Under the pieces are notes generated by a model. It searched no databases, had not been told where the DNA came from, and saw nothing but the letters and a program-made list of their open reading frames with translations. A stretch of 64,000 nucleotides of DNA from an uncultured Gemmataceae bacterium (GTDB lineage: Bacteria; Planctomycetota; Planctomycetia; Gemmatales; Gemmataceae): assembly GCA_963750165.1 (NCBI GenBank), contig CAVVPN010000003.1:2976001-3040000 (forward strand), written 5' to 3'. The translations under genes and the position numbers were made by a program. Positions 1 through 12,000 of this stretch are shown here, one piece after another (the first letter of the stretch is position 1; every line of letters starts with the position of its first letter).

Positions 1-3000
1 ACGTTGGTGGTCAGGCTGAAGCCCGTCAGCAGGCTGCCGACGGTGACGTTGGTGACCTGCAGCAGCAGCGGGTTGAACTTGATGGCGTTATCGACGGCGG
101 CGATGTTGAAGGGGACCGGGCCGTTGCTGAAGTTGATGGGGATGGTAACGGTGCCGCCGGCCGTGGCCGTGGTGTTGGCCGGGAAGCCCTCGGTGCCGCT
201 GTGGCCGACGACGCTGAAGTAGTTGTCCACGTTGGTGACGAAGGGGCTGACGGTGCTGCCGCTCAGGGGCAGGGTGCTGGGGTTCTGCGGCGCCGGCCCG
301 AGCGTCAGGGCGCTGGTGGCGTTGTAGACGGCGGTGGTGGTGCTGGTGTTGTTGGCGTCGGTGTAGCTGGCGGCCAGCTTGAGCGGCGAGGGGCCGAGCG
401 GGGCGCTGCTGTTGACGGTGAAGTCGAGGAGGAGCACATCGCCATCGGTGGGGTTGGGAGCCTGCGCCGGGTTGGCGGTGAACTCGCTGACGCGGATGAC
501 GCCGTGGACGGCATCCACGTTGGTGGTGACGCTGAAGCCCGGCAGCAGTGAGCCGGCGCGGATGTTGGAGACCGTGAATTTGCTGGGGTCGTACTCGATG
601 ACCGAGTCGATGGCATCGATCTCGGTGCTGGGATCGGCACCGGAGACGTTGAAGCGTTCCTGAACGGTAACGGTCTGGCCGTCGCCACCGGTGGCGGCGG
701 CGAGGTAGAGCCGGGGGTCGGGGCCGAGCGGGCCGGTGATGGTGAAGCCGGTGGGCGGTTGGGGAATGACGCTGGGGAAGGAGCCGACGGCGGCCTTATC
801 GACATCGGCGGCGTCGAGGCCGGTGACGCCCAGGGTGCCACTGGCGGTGACGCTGCCGATGATCCAGGGATCGAGATCCTTGAAGACGCTGAAGCCGGTG
901 CCCTGACCGACGCTGACCCGGTCGATGAGGGAGGCGTCCAGGCCGGTGTAGGTGTGGGAGCCATCGATATCGCCCTGGTAGGCGTTGACGTCGATGGCGT
1001 CATCGCCCTGGGCCGCGGTGCCGTTGAGGACGACGCTCTGGGTGGCGAGCAGGGCCTTGTCGGTGTAGGGGGCGTTCTGGGGCACGGTGGCGGTGAGGGT
1101 GAGCAGGGTGCCGGTGCCGCCCGTGGGGTTCCAGTGGCCGCCGCCGCTGCCGCCGACGATGGTGAAGGTGATCAGCATGTGGTGGGCGTCGATGCTGGTG
1201 AAGCTGATCGGGTTGAGGACGAGGTTGCCGTTGCTGGCGGCGTCGGTCGAGAGGGTGGCCGCCGTCACGCTGAGGAGGGTCGGGTCATAGGTCAAGGTGA
1301 AGGAGAGGGACTGGACGGCGGAGGTGATGCCGCTCAGGGTGATGGGCAGTCCGGTGCTGGAGTTGGGGATGTTGACGGTCTGACCGGGCCCGCGGGCGAC
1401 GAAAGCGGCGGTGACCACCGGGGTGAGCACGGGGCTGGCGACGGTGAGGGCCTGGCTGTAATTGCTGGCGAGGGTGGCCCCGCCGACGGCCTTGACGGAG
1501 TTGGTGACGGCGACGGTGTAGTTGCCGGGAGCCAGTTCGCCCGCGGTGGCGACGAAGGTGGCGACGTTGGGATGGGTGGCGTCGATGAGCAGCGAGCCCT
1601 TGACGCTGCCGCTCGGGCCGGTCAGCGTCACGTCGGGGGCCACGGCGGTGGCGCCGGGGCTGTAGAACAGCTGGGTGGTGTTGGGATCGATGGGGCCGTC
1701 GAAGACCAGCTGGACGTAGTTGCCCGAGACGGTCGCGGAATTCACCTGGAAGGTGCTGGTAACCACCTGGTTGACGGGGCCGGAGGCGCTGGGGCCGAAG
1801 CTGCCCTGGGCGGCGAAGTTGGCGGAGATGGGGTGCGTGCCGACGGTCAGCACGGCGGCGCTGCTGAGGGTGATCGTGGCGTTGCCGCTGGCGTCCAGGG
1901 TGCCGGTGGCGCCGCTGATGGCGACGCCGTTGTCCGACAGGGACACCATGTCGCCGGTGACCGAACCGCTGGTGGACGTGACGTGGACCAGGAACGGCAC
2001 CGCCTGCACCGTGCTGCCGAAGTTGAGCGACGGGTTCGGACCCAGGTCCGTGATCGTCGTGCTCGTCATGATGCTGCTCGACGTGACCGTCGCCGTGGAC
2101 ATCATCGTGGCCATTTCCGGCGAGGCGATTTCCATCACGGTCGTGGTGACCGTGAAGCTGCCGGACGTGGCGTAGGTGTGCGTGCCGGCCACGCTGTACG
2201 CGCCGGTGGTGTTGTTGGTGATGGTGACGACGCCGGAGGTCGTGTCCAGCGGCGAGCCGTCGCCCCAGTTGATGGTCACCAGGTAGCTGTTCGCCGGCTC
2301 GGCCGTGCCGCCGTACTGCGCCGGGTCGGTGAACGTCGCCACCGGGCCCGAGAAGGATTGCGTTGCGTTCGCGCTGACGTTCACGCCCGTGCCCGTCAGG
2401 TCGCCGGTGTCGAAGGCGTCGAGCACCTTCGCCGTGGTATTCACCGTCAGCGGGTTGGCGTTGCCCAGGCTGCTGGTGATGGTGAAGGAGACCGGGAAGG
2501 CCGCGCCCGGCGCCGTGGACACGCCGTAGGCGTGCGTGCCGGTGACGATGTACGTCTGGACGTTGCCGTTGGCCGAGCCCAGCGTGATCGTGCCGACGGA
2601 CGCCGCCGTGCCGTCCCCCCAGGTGATCATCGCCGTGTAGTCCGAGACCGGGTTGGCCGAACCACCGAACGGGATCACGTCGGTGAAGGTCCCCACCTGG
2701 GACGTGAACGAGACGTTAATCAGCTTGTTGATGATGGGCGTGCCCGTGCCTGTCAACACGTTGAAGGGCGTGGTGGCATAGGCCACTGTGGCGGTGGTGC
2801 TGAGGAGCAGCGCGGTGGGCTGGTCGGGGTCGTTGATGGTCACGTGGACCGCGTACGAGTGGCCCGACGCCGTGGGCACGGTGTACGTGTGCGTTCCGGT
2901 CACCGCGAAGGTGGTGCCGGAGCCGGAGGTGCTCACGATGCTCACCGTGCCGGCCGAAGTGGCGGTGCCGTCACCCCAGTTGATGGACACGCTGTAGGTG

Positions 3001-6000
3001 CCCACCTCAGCCATGGCCGCGGCCATCGTCGTGATGTCCGAATCGACGAAGGTCGCCACCTGCACGTTGGTCGCCGGCGTGTTTTGTGTGGCCGTGACCG
3101 GCATGCCCGAGCCGGAGAGGTCGGTCATCGAGAAGGACGCGACGCCGCGGTAGACCATGTTCGACGACGTGCCGGTCTGGTAGATAATGGGGTCCGTCAG
3201 GCCGACGGCGTCATAGCCGCTGTCGTCGGTGATGCTGAACAGCTGGCCGGGGCCAGGGTCGGCGTTGCCGCCGTTGCCGTACGTCACGTACAGCGTGACG
3301 TTGCCCACCGCGCTGCTGCCCGGGCCTTCGCTCAGCGTCTGGCCGCTGATGTAGTAGTAGCTGATCGGGTTCGGCGCCGCACCCGGGGCGGTGATGTGGT
3401 CCGTCACCATCCAGGTGCCGTCGACCAGCGACCACTTGGTGATGGCACCCATCGCGAAGCTCGGGCCGTCGTCGGACAGGTAGAACGTGTTGATGCCCAC
3501 CGGGGCCGTGCTGGTGCCGCCGGGACCGGCCGTGTTGTCGAGGTGCGTGAAGTACGCATCGACGAAGAACGTGCTCGCCTGGCCGCCGGCCAGGGCCGCG
3601 GCGTCGGAGAAGCCGGGCAGGTTGCTCGCCGATTGCGCGGAGGTCGGGAAGCCGCTGAAGACCTGCGGGCCGTCGTTGCCGAAGCCCGGAGGGCTGACCA
3701 TGACCAGGTTGCCGGCTTCCGTCTCGAGGGCGGTCACGGTCCCCGTCTGGGTCGTGTCGATCGTCGCCGTCGGGCTCACCGTGCTCGACGACGGGGTGAA
3801 GTTCGCAAAGTAGGTCATGTCGCCGTCGCCGGCCAGGTAGAACTGGTTGCCGTCCGGGCTGAAGACCGCGTTGAAGTTGCCGAAGCCCGAACCCGAGTTG
3901 CCCTTGGTGAAGGTCTCGTCCGCGACGGCACCCGCCGTGGTGACGCGGGCAATCGCGCGGATGATCGACCCGGAAACGGTCGGGATGCCCGGGGCGAGCG
4001 TGCCCTGGCCGGAGACCACGCCCGTGGTGCTGACCGTGACGCCGAGCAGCGGATTGGTGTCGTAGCCGGTGAGCCACAGGGCGCTGTTGGCGCCGTCCAC
4101 CGTCATCTGCTCCGTGGTCGATTGCTGGCCGTTGCCCACAATGGCGTGGATGGTGTTCTGCGTGCCGGTGCCGTCGTTGGCGGGCAGGATGATCGACTGG
4201 ACGATGGTGCCGGCCGTCGTGATCTCGTCGATGTAGATCGTGCTGCCGATGGCACCCTGAACCGTGCTGCCGGTCGGGGCATTCAGGGAGGTAATGCCGT
4301 CACCGATGCGCTGGACGAACTTGTCGCCCACGCCGAAGGCGTTGGTCTGGACGGCCTGCTGGTAAACGCCCATGCCCTGGAAGTAGGTTCCGTCGCCGCT
4401 GTAGACCGCGGTGATCGACTGGATGCCGGGCAGCAGGAACTGGTTGCCGTTCGTGTCGGTGCCCTGGAGCACGGCGGTGGTCAGGCCGACCGAGGCCGTG
4501 CCGCCGGACAGCATCACCGGGGAACCAATCGGGAGCAGGTTGTCGTAGAACTGCACGTAGCCGGTCGGGGTGCCACCGGAGCCCGACACCGTGACCGTCT
4601 CCATCACGGAGGCGCCGTTGTTGCCGGGGTTGGCGTTGCTGGTCGCCACCGTGATCGTCGGCGCCACGACGACAGTGACAGCCGGGCTGCCCGCGGCGTT
4701 CTGGCTGCCCACGAAGTTGTTGTCGCCGGTGTAGACGGCGAAGATGTTGTGCGGGCTACCGGCGCTCGGCAGCGTGCCGCTGGCGGTCGCAAGGAACTCA
4801 AGCACGCCGTTGACGATGGTCGGCGTCAGGTTTACCGCCGAGCCGATTTTGGTGCCGCCGGCGCCGGTGCTGGTCGCGTCCCGCCAGAACTGGACCGTTC
4901 CGGTGAGGACGGCGTTCGACCCGGTGAACGTCACCTGCGCGGTGAACGTGTCCGACGTGGTGGTGGTCACGGTTGCGAACTGCGCGGAGACCGTCGTCGT
5001 CGTGGCTTCCTGGGCAACGGTGGCCATCTGCGAGTTATCGGAGCTGCTGGCGTAGAAGGAGTCGCCGGTGTAGACCGCGGTGATGGTGCCGCTCTGGGCG
5101 ACCAGGAGATCGCTCACGGGCGCCAGGGTCGCGGTGCCGTTGACCAGCGGCGCGGAGCCGATTTCCACACCCGTCGAGGTCTGGAAGCTGACATACCCGG
5201 TCGGCGTCGGGCCCGAGCCGGTCACGGTCGCGGACAGAACCACGTTGGTCGTCGAGTCCGCGTAGGTGCCGGGCGGGGTGGTCGTGACTTGCGCCATCGT
5301 CGTGCTGGTGGCGGTCCCCGCAGCCTGCGGCGCGAAGGCGACGCCGCGGAACGCCGTGCCCGCCGCCGCCGTCTCCACGGTGGTGAAGACGAAGCTCGGG
5401 GCGCTGCCGTTGGTCGTGCCGCCGGTGATCTCGACGATCCGGTTGCCGCTGGCGGCCGTCGTCGTCGCGTAGATGATCGGGGCGCTGACATTGCTAAAGT
5501 CCACGACCAGGCCCTGGAGGCCGCCGTCGGCGGTGGCATCGACCTGCGCCTGACCCACCAGGTTCCACTGACCGCTGCCCAGCGTGTCGTAATACTCAAG
5601 GATGCCGCCCAGGCTGTCCGTTCGGCTGTCGGCGACGAAGATCGTCCTGCCATTCGGGCTGACGGCGATCTGGCCGGTGGCGGGGAAGTTGCCGAAGGCG
5701 TCTCTCCCGGTGTTGAAGTCGGTGCCGCCGCCATTGCCGAGCGTGGTCTCAGCCTGGCCGGCGACCGTCGCCAAACCGCCGAGCACCTGAGCCGGGCCGT
5801 CGATCGAACTGAGGCCGCCGCCCGGGCTGCCCGCGGCGCCGGTGATGTAGATCTGGCCGGCCTGAGCAGCCGTGCCGGTCTGGCCATTGCCGGGCTGGAT
5901 CTCGACCGTGTTCGCGCCGGGGTAATAGTTGCTGACCAGGACGCTCGGGGTCGAGGCGCTGTTGCCGAACGGGACGTACCGGAGGTAGTTGCTCCCGGCG

Positions 6001-9000
6001 ACCCAGAAGCCCAGGCCGTCGGCCGAGATGGCGGCCTTCACCGAACCGCCGATGTCCGAACTGGCGATCTGCGTGGCGGTGCTGACCGAGCCGTTGGCCT
6101 GGAGCAGGGCAATCGCGGAGGCGGCGCCGCTGGTGCTGGCGCCGGCATCCACAAGATACCCAGCCAATGACGCAGTGTGGCCGTCGGCGGAATCGCTGAC
6201 GAGGCCTTCCGGAATCGTCACACCACTCACGACGGGGTTGGTGCCCTTGAGCGTCAGCTCACCCGCCCCGCTCGTCGGCAGGTAGATGGTCTGGACGGCG
6301 GCCCCGCCCGTCGTCTGGAACTCGCTGACGGACGTGGCCGTCGCGTTGGCGTTGGAACCAACCGTGCCCACGGTGGCGATCAGGTTGCCCGCGCCGAAGG
6401 CCTGGCCGGACACGCCCGTGCTCTGGTCATCCTTCACATCGCCCTGGTAGACCGCGGTGAACGAGTGCTCGCCGCTCAGGGCGCCGGCGGCGATCGTCAA
6501 GGTCGCGACGCCGCCGTTCAGCAAGGCCGAGCCGTATGGGGTGCTGCTGCCGTCGAGGTAGAAGTACACTGCACCGGTCGGCACGTTGGCCCCGCCGGTC
6601 GGGTCGGTCACGGTCGCGGTGACGCTGTAGCCGGCGGTCGCGTTGCCGGTGACGGCCACCGCGGTGCTGGTGGCGTAGCCCGGAACGAAGGCCAGGCCGG
6701 AGAAGTTCATGTTGGCGTTCGGGCTCGTCGGGTTGGTCGTGGGGGCGCCGCCGACGAACGCCAGATTGGTGAAGACGCGGTTCGGCGAGGTGCCGTTGAA
6801 GCCGAAGCCCTGATCGACGCCGGTCGTGCCCGAAAGGGGGGCGGCGCCGTTCGTGTCGAGGTACGCATCGATCTGGTTGGGGTTCGCCTGCTGGACGTTG
6901 ACGCCGGTCACGTAGAGCTGAATCTTGGCGGTGGCCGTGCCGGGGTTCACGACGTAACCGGTCACGGCGGTGACGCCGCCGGCAGAGATCAGCTTGGCGC
7001 CGAACGTGCCGTCATACATGCCGGTCGAAGTGTCGAAGCCGCCGTACACCCACTGGGCCGCGGTGCCGCCGGTGGCGGTCGCCACGGCGCCGCTCGTCCG
7101 CTGGTAGGTGAAGTGCATGTTGTCCGTCACGGTGATCAGGAAGGTGCCGTTGAAGGTCGCATCCGAGGCACCCGTGATCTGCACGAACTGACCGCTTACC
7201 AGCGTGTTGGCGGCGGTGGTGGTCACGGTCACCAGGCCGGTGCCGTCGTCGGACAGCGTGCTGATGGTGGCGGGGGTGTTCAACCAGAACTTGAGCAGAC
7301 CGTTCGCCTGGTCGGCGACGTAGGCGACGTTCGGGTTGTTCGTGCTGCCGTCGGCGGTGTTGAGCAGCAGGACCTCTTCGGCGTTTTCCTTGCCCGGATA
7401 GAAGAGGTTGTAATTCTGCGAGAAGGCCGGCAGGGGCGTCAGGGTCTGGCCGATCGTCGTCGGCAGGCCGGTGCCGACCGCCGTCGTGTGGCCGCCCCCC
7501 GTGGTGTTGTAGAGCTGGCCGCCGGCGATGCCGATCGAGGCGGACCCCGTATTGACGGGGCCGATCTGAGTCGCCGTGGTGGCGCCGACGCTGCCCACGT
7601 AGAGGATGCCGCTGTCGGTCGTATCACCGACCGGCAGGTTGCTGCCGAGGTAGAACTGACTGCCGTCGTAGGACACCACATCCGTCGGGTTGTAGGGCAC
7701 GCTGGCCGGCGAGGCCGCCGTGGCACTGGAAACCGTCGGCGAGGTGCTGCTGATGTTATTCGGGTCCACGTAGCTGAGGGTGGTGCCCGAGGCCGCGGTG
7801 ATCGTGAAGGTGCCGTCGTAGGCCGTGCCGCTGGTGCCGTCGGTGATGCCGCTGATGGTGACCGTCTGGCCAGCCATGAAGAAATTCGACGAGTTCAGGG
7901 TGATCGTGACGGTCTGGCCGGTGCCGGTGCCGGTCGCGGTCGCCGACTTGATCGAGGCGGGGACGCCGCTGCCAGTCGGGTTGGCCACGCCGATGGCCGT
8001 GGTCGTGTTCACGCCGCCCGTGCCATCGACCAGGGCGATGGTGCGCGGGAACTGGTATGGGAAGGTCGAGGTCAGGAAGGTGCGGCCGACCGGCACGTCA
8101 TAGCCGGCGACGGTCAGGTACGCGCCGTTGGCCGAGCGGTTCAGCAGACCTTCGCCGCCGTTCTGGCCGCTGAGCAGCAGGGCGTGGGTCGTGCCGGCGT
8201 CCAGGTTCGGCAGGGCGATGCGCTGCACCAGAGTCCCGGAGGTGGTGTACTCGTCGAGGAAGACGAGGTAGCCCGAGCTGCCCAGGTTGATGTTGCCGTC
8301 GCCGCGCTGCACGGCGACCAGGTTGCCCGGCGTGAACGCCTGCTTGACGGTCTCGACGAAGGCGGTGCCGCTGGTCGAGCCGGTGGTATCGACGGTGAAG
8401 GCGTTGTAGCCGCTGGTCCCGCTCGGCGTGTAGGAGAGCGTGACGAAGTAGCTGCCGGGCTGGCTCAGCGCCGGCGCGTTGCTCCAGGTGGCCGTGGTGG
8501 TGTTGCCGCTGCCGGTGAGGGCGATCGCACTCGACGTGCCGATGACAGCGCCGGTCGTGGCCGAGGTCAAGGTGAAGATCACCGAACCGGCCGGGTTGCC
8601 CACCGTGGAGTTGCCGGCGACCGAGACCGTATAGGTCGGGGTCGCGTTGAGGGCAACGTTGTTCGCCGAGGAACTGAAGGTCGCGGTCGCGTTGGCGGCG
8701 ACGTTGATGGTCACGGGGATGTTGGATTGCTCACCCGATTCATACTGGTTGCTGCCGTTGTAGATGGCGATGACGGTGTCCGTGCCAGCCGTCGCAAAGG
8801 CGGTGTTCAGCGTCGCGATGCCCGTGGTCGCGTTCAGGCTCGAAGTGCCGAGCAAGTTGGCCGGGGTGACCGAGCCGAGGTAGAAGCTGACCGTGCCGGT
8901 GGCGCCGTGGTCGCCCGCGACGTCGGTGGTGACGGTCGCGGTCAGCGTCACCTGCTTGCCGACCGCCGCGGCTGACAGGTTCGAGGTCAGGACCGTCAAG

Positions 9001-12000
9001 GTGTCATAGTCGCCATCCTCAATGATCTGAATCGTGTTGGACCGGGCCGGGGCCAGGGCCTGAACGCCGCCGCCGGCGAAGTAGGCCTGGACGTAGTGGT
9101 TGCCGGAGACGCCGCTCGGCAGGGTGAGGATCGCCTCGTTGGAGACGCTGGCGCCAACAGTGGCCTGGCCGAGGATGGTGTTGGTGTTCTGGTCGATGAA
9201 GGTGACGACCTCGCCGTTCAGGTTCACGCCCGACTCGGGGTTGCTCAACGTGGCGGTGAGGGTGACGGCGGTGCCCGGGTTGAGCGGATTGGTCGGAGCC
9301 TGGCTCAGGACGACGTTGGTCGCGGCGACCGGGGCGAAGGCGACGCCGCGCAGGGCGACATCGCCGAAGTACCCCGGGGACGAAGTGTTGGTGATGTTGT
9401 CCGAGCCGGCGTTGACCTCGGCGATGACGGTGCCGGTGAGCGTTGGGTCGGCGGCGCCCGCGTTATCGATTTCCGCAAGGTTCGAGGCACCGGAATTCGT
9501 GTCCGTGTAAGTCAGCGTATTGCCGCTCACGGACAGCACCTGGAAGATGCCGTTATAGCCTGCATTGATGGCGGCGCCCCCCAGCCCGTTCGAGTTCGCG
9601 GTGGTCACGACCACCCCGTCCACCTGGATCATCTGATTCAGCCAGGCCGGAGCAACGTTCGTGGCGAATGTGAGGGTGACCGTGGTGCCCGATTCGGTCG
9701 CCCTGGTGATGGCGTTCCCGGTGTTCGGGTCGGTCCAACTCTGGACGAGGCTGTTGTCGCTGCTCGTCGAGGTTGCGGTGTTGTCGTACGCGGTGGTGTA
9801 GAGCTGCACCACGCCGCTGGGCAGCACCGTCCCGGTGATGCCGCGGAGCTGACCGACGCCGCCGGCGCCAACCTGAATGGGAGCGTCGCCGAGGCGAACG
9901 GGGACGCTCCAGTGGTTCACGAAACCCGCGGCGGCGGCGGCCACGTTGTTCGGCGTGTTCCAGGGGTTCCAGGTGATGGCGTCGTTCCAGACGGAGACGT
10001 AGATGCCGCCGGTGCCGGCGTGGCCGACCGTGCCGTCATCGACGAAATACAGCCGATCCCCGTTATCGACGATGCCGTCGCCGTTCACGTCGGCGACGTA
10101 AATGCCGCCGAGTTTGGAGGCGCCGAAGAGGGCCGGAACGACCTGGATGTCGTTGGCCGGGGTGGGGCCGGTGGGCTGGGCCTGGGCTTCGGTGAAAATG
10201 CCGGCGGTGTTGAGGATCGTGGCCCCGGCGGTCATACTGGCCGTGGAGCCGTAGACGCGGCCGTCGAAGCCGATGGTGATGCCGCGGATGTTGGTGCTGG
10301 CCGAGGCCTGGGTGCCGGGCGAGGGACCCTCGGTCGGGAAGTAGTGAATGCCCTGCGAGACGGCACCGCCGGCCTGGTTCGGGTGGCCGGCCGTCCAGAT
10401 CGGGCCGACAGGGGTCGCAGCCACCGAACCGCGGTTGTCGTCGCCGACGTAGAACGCGCCCTGGGTGGTCGAGTTGTAGAAGGAGCTGGTGAGGCTGGGG
10501 GTGTTCGGGGTCGTGGTGGCGAGGGCAGTCCCGGGGTTGCCGGCGAGGACCGCGACGACGCGGTTGTTTTGCCCGGTCGGCGTGGACGGGGACGTCAGCC
10601 CGCCGTTGTTCACCGTGGAATCAATGCCGTCAAAGCTCAGGGCCCCGCCGTCGGCGGAGCGGTTGAGCTGGCCGTTACCGGCGGCAGCGCTCAGATCGAT
10701 GGTGATCGGCTGGTTGCCCGCCTGAGCACCGGCGCCTGTCACCGCGGGGATGGAGTCCTGCTGCACCACGGCGTATGCCCAGGCGCCGCCCGATGCGCCA
10801 GATGTCAGCGGGGCAGGCGTACCCGCCGCCAGGCCGGCCGCGGCCGGGTCGGCGTAGGTGAACATGTTCCCGGCGTTGTTCACACTGGCGACCGCGAAGA
10901 CGCCGTTGTAGGCGCTGTTGATGGTGCTGCCGACCTGCACACCCGACACCTGCACATACTGGCCCACGGAAAAGTTCTGCGTGCCGGGGCCCGTCGTGAC
11001 CGTGACGTTGCCCATGCTGTCCGCGGTGGTGCCAGTGATGGCGATCAGGCTCGTCTGGGCAGTGGTCGTGCCGATCTCGTTCAGAAACAGCGGGGCCTGC
11101 GCGTTGTAGCTGGCAACGCCGTCGCCGGCCTGCAAGACCACGAGGTTGCCCGGGGTGTATTGCTTGTAGGCGGAAATGTTGATGTTATCAAAACGCCAGT
11201 TGCCGGAGCTGTTATTCAGAGCGGCTCCGGCGGTGTTGACGCAGTCCGCACCGGTCGAGGCGTTCACCAACTCGATGGCGAAATTCGGATTATTCGCCGC
11301 CGCCGGGTCAGTAATGCTCACCGACAAATTGGGCGCCCAGTTCTGGCCCGAAATCTGGACGTACGAGCCAACGACCGTATTGGGGGAGCTGCTGTTGGTG
11401 TGGGCGGTGACGCTGCTGAGGTCGGCCGCCGGGACATTCACCGGGACATTGGTCCAGGTGGTGCCGCCGTTCGTGGTGTATTCGACTTGCAGCTTCCCTT
11501 CACCCTGCGTCGTCGCGTACCAGTCGAAGCTGACGTTGATGGGCCCACCGTACCCCACGGTGCTCGTGGCGAACTCGGCGCCCTGCGTGCCGATCGGCGC
11601 CTGGCTCGACCAGCCGTTGCCGGGGCTCTGCCCGCGGACGCGCCAGGTCTGGGTGGTATCGGCGAGCCCGTTGCTACCCGTGTCGCCGGCCACACCCTGC
11701 GTGACATCGTCGGTGTTCGTGCTGGTGGTGCCGTTGTACGAGTTGGTCATGCCCAGCCCGCTGGCCGTCCCAGTGCCCAGCGAGGGGGTCGGGCTGTTAT
11801 TCACGGCGATCGTGTTGTTTTCAAAGCTCCACTGCGCGAGGGCGAAGGACGGGGCCAGGGGCACTGCTATCACCGTCAAGGTGAAGCCCTGCGCGGGGCC
11901 GGTGCCGGCCGAGTTGGTGGCCGTGAACGAGAGGGGGAACGAGCCGGCCTGGGTCGGCACACCGCTCAGCACCCCGGTGCCGGTGTTGAACGTCACGCCA

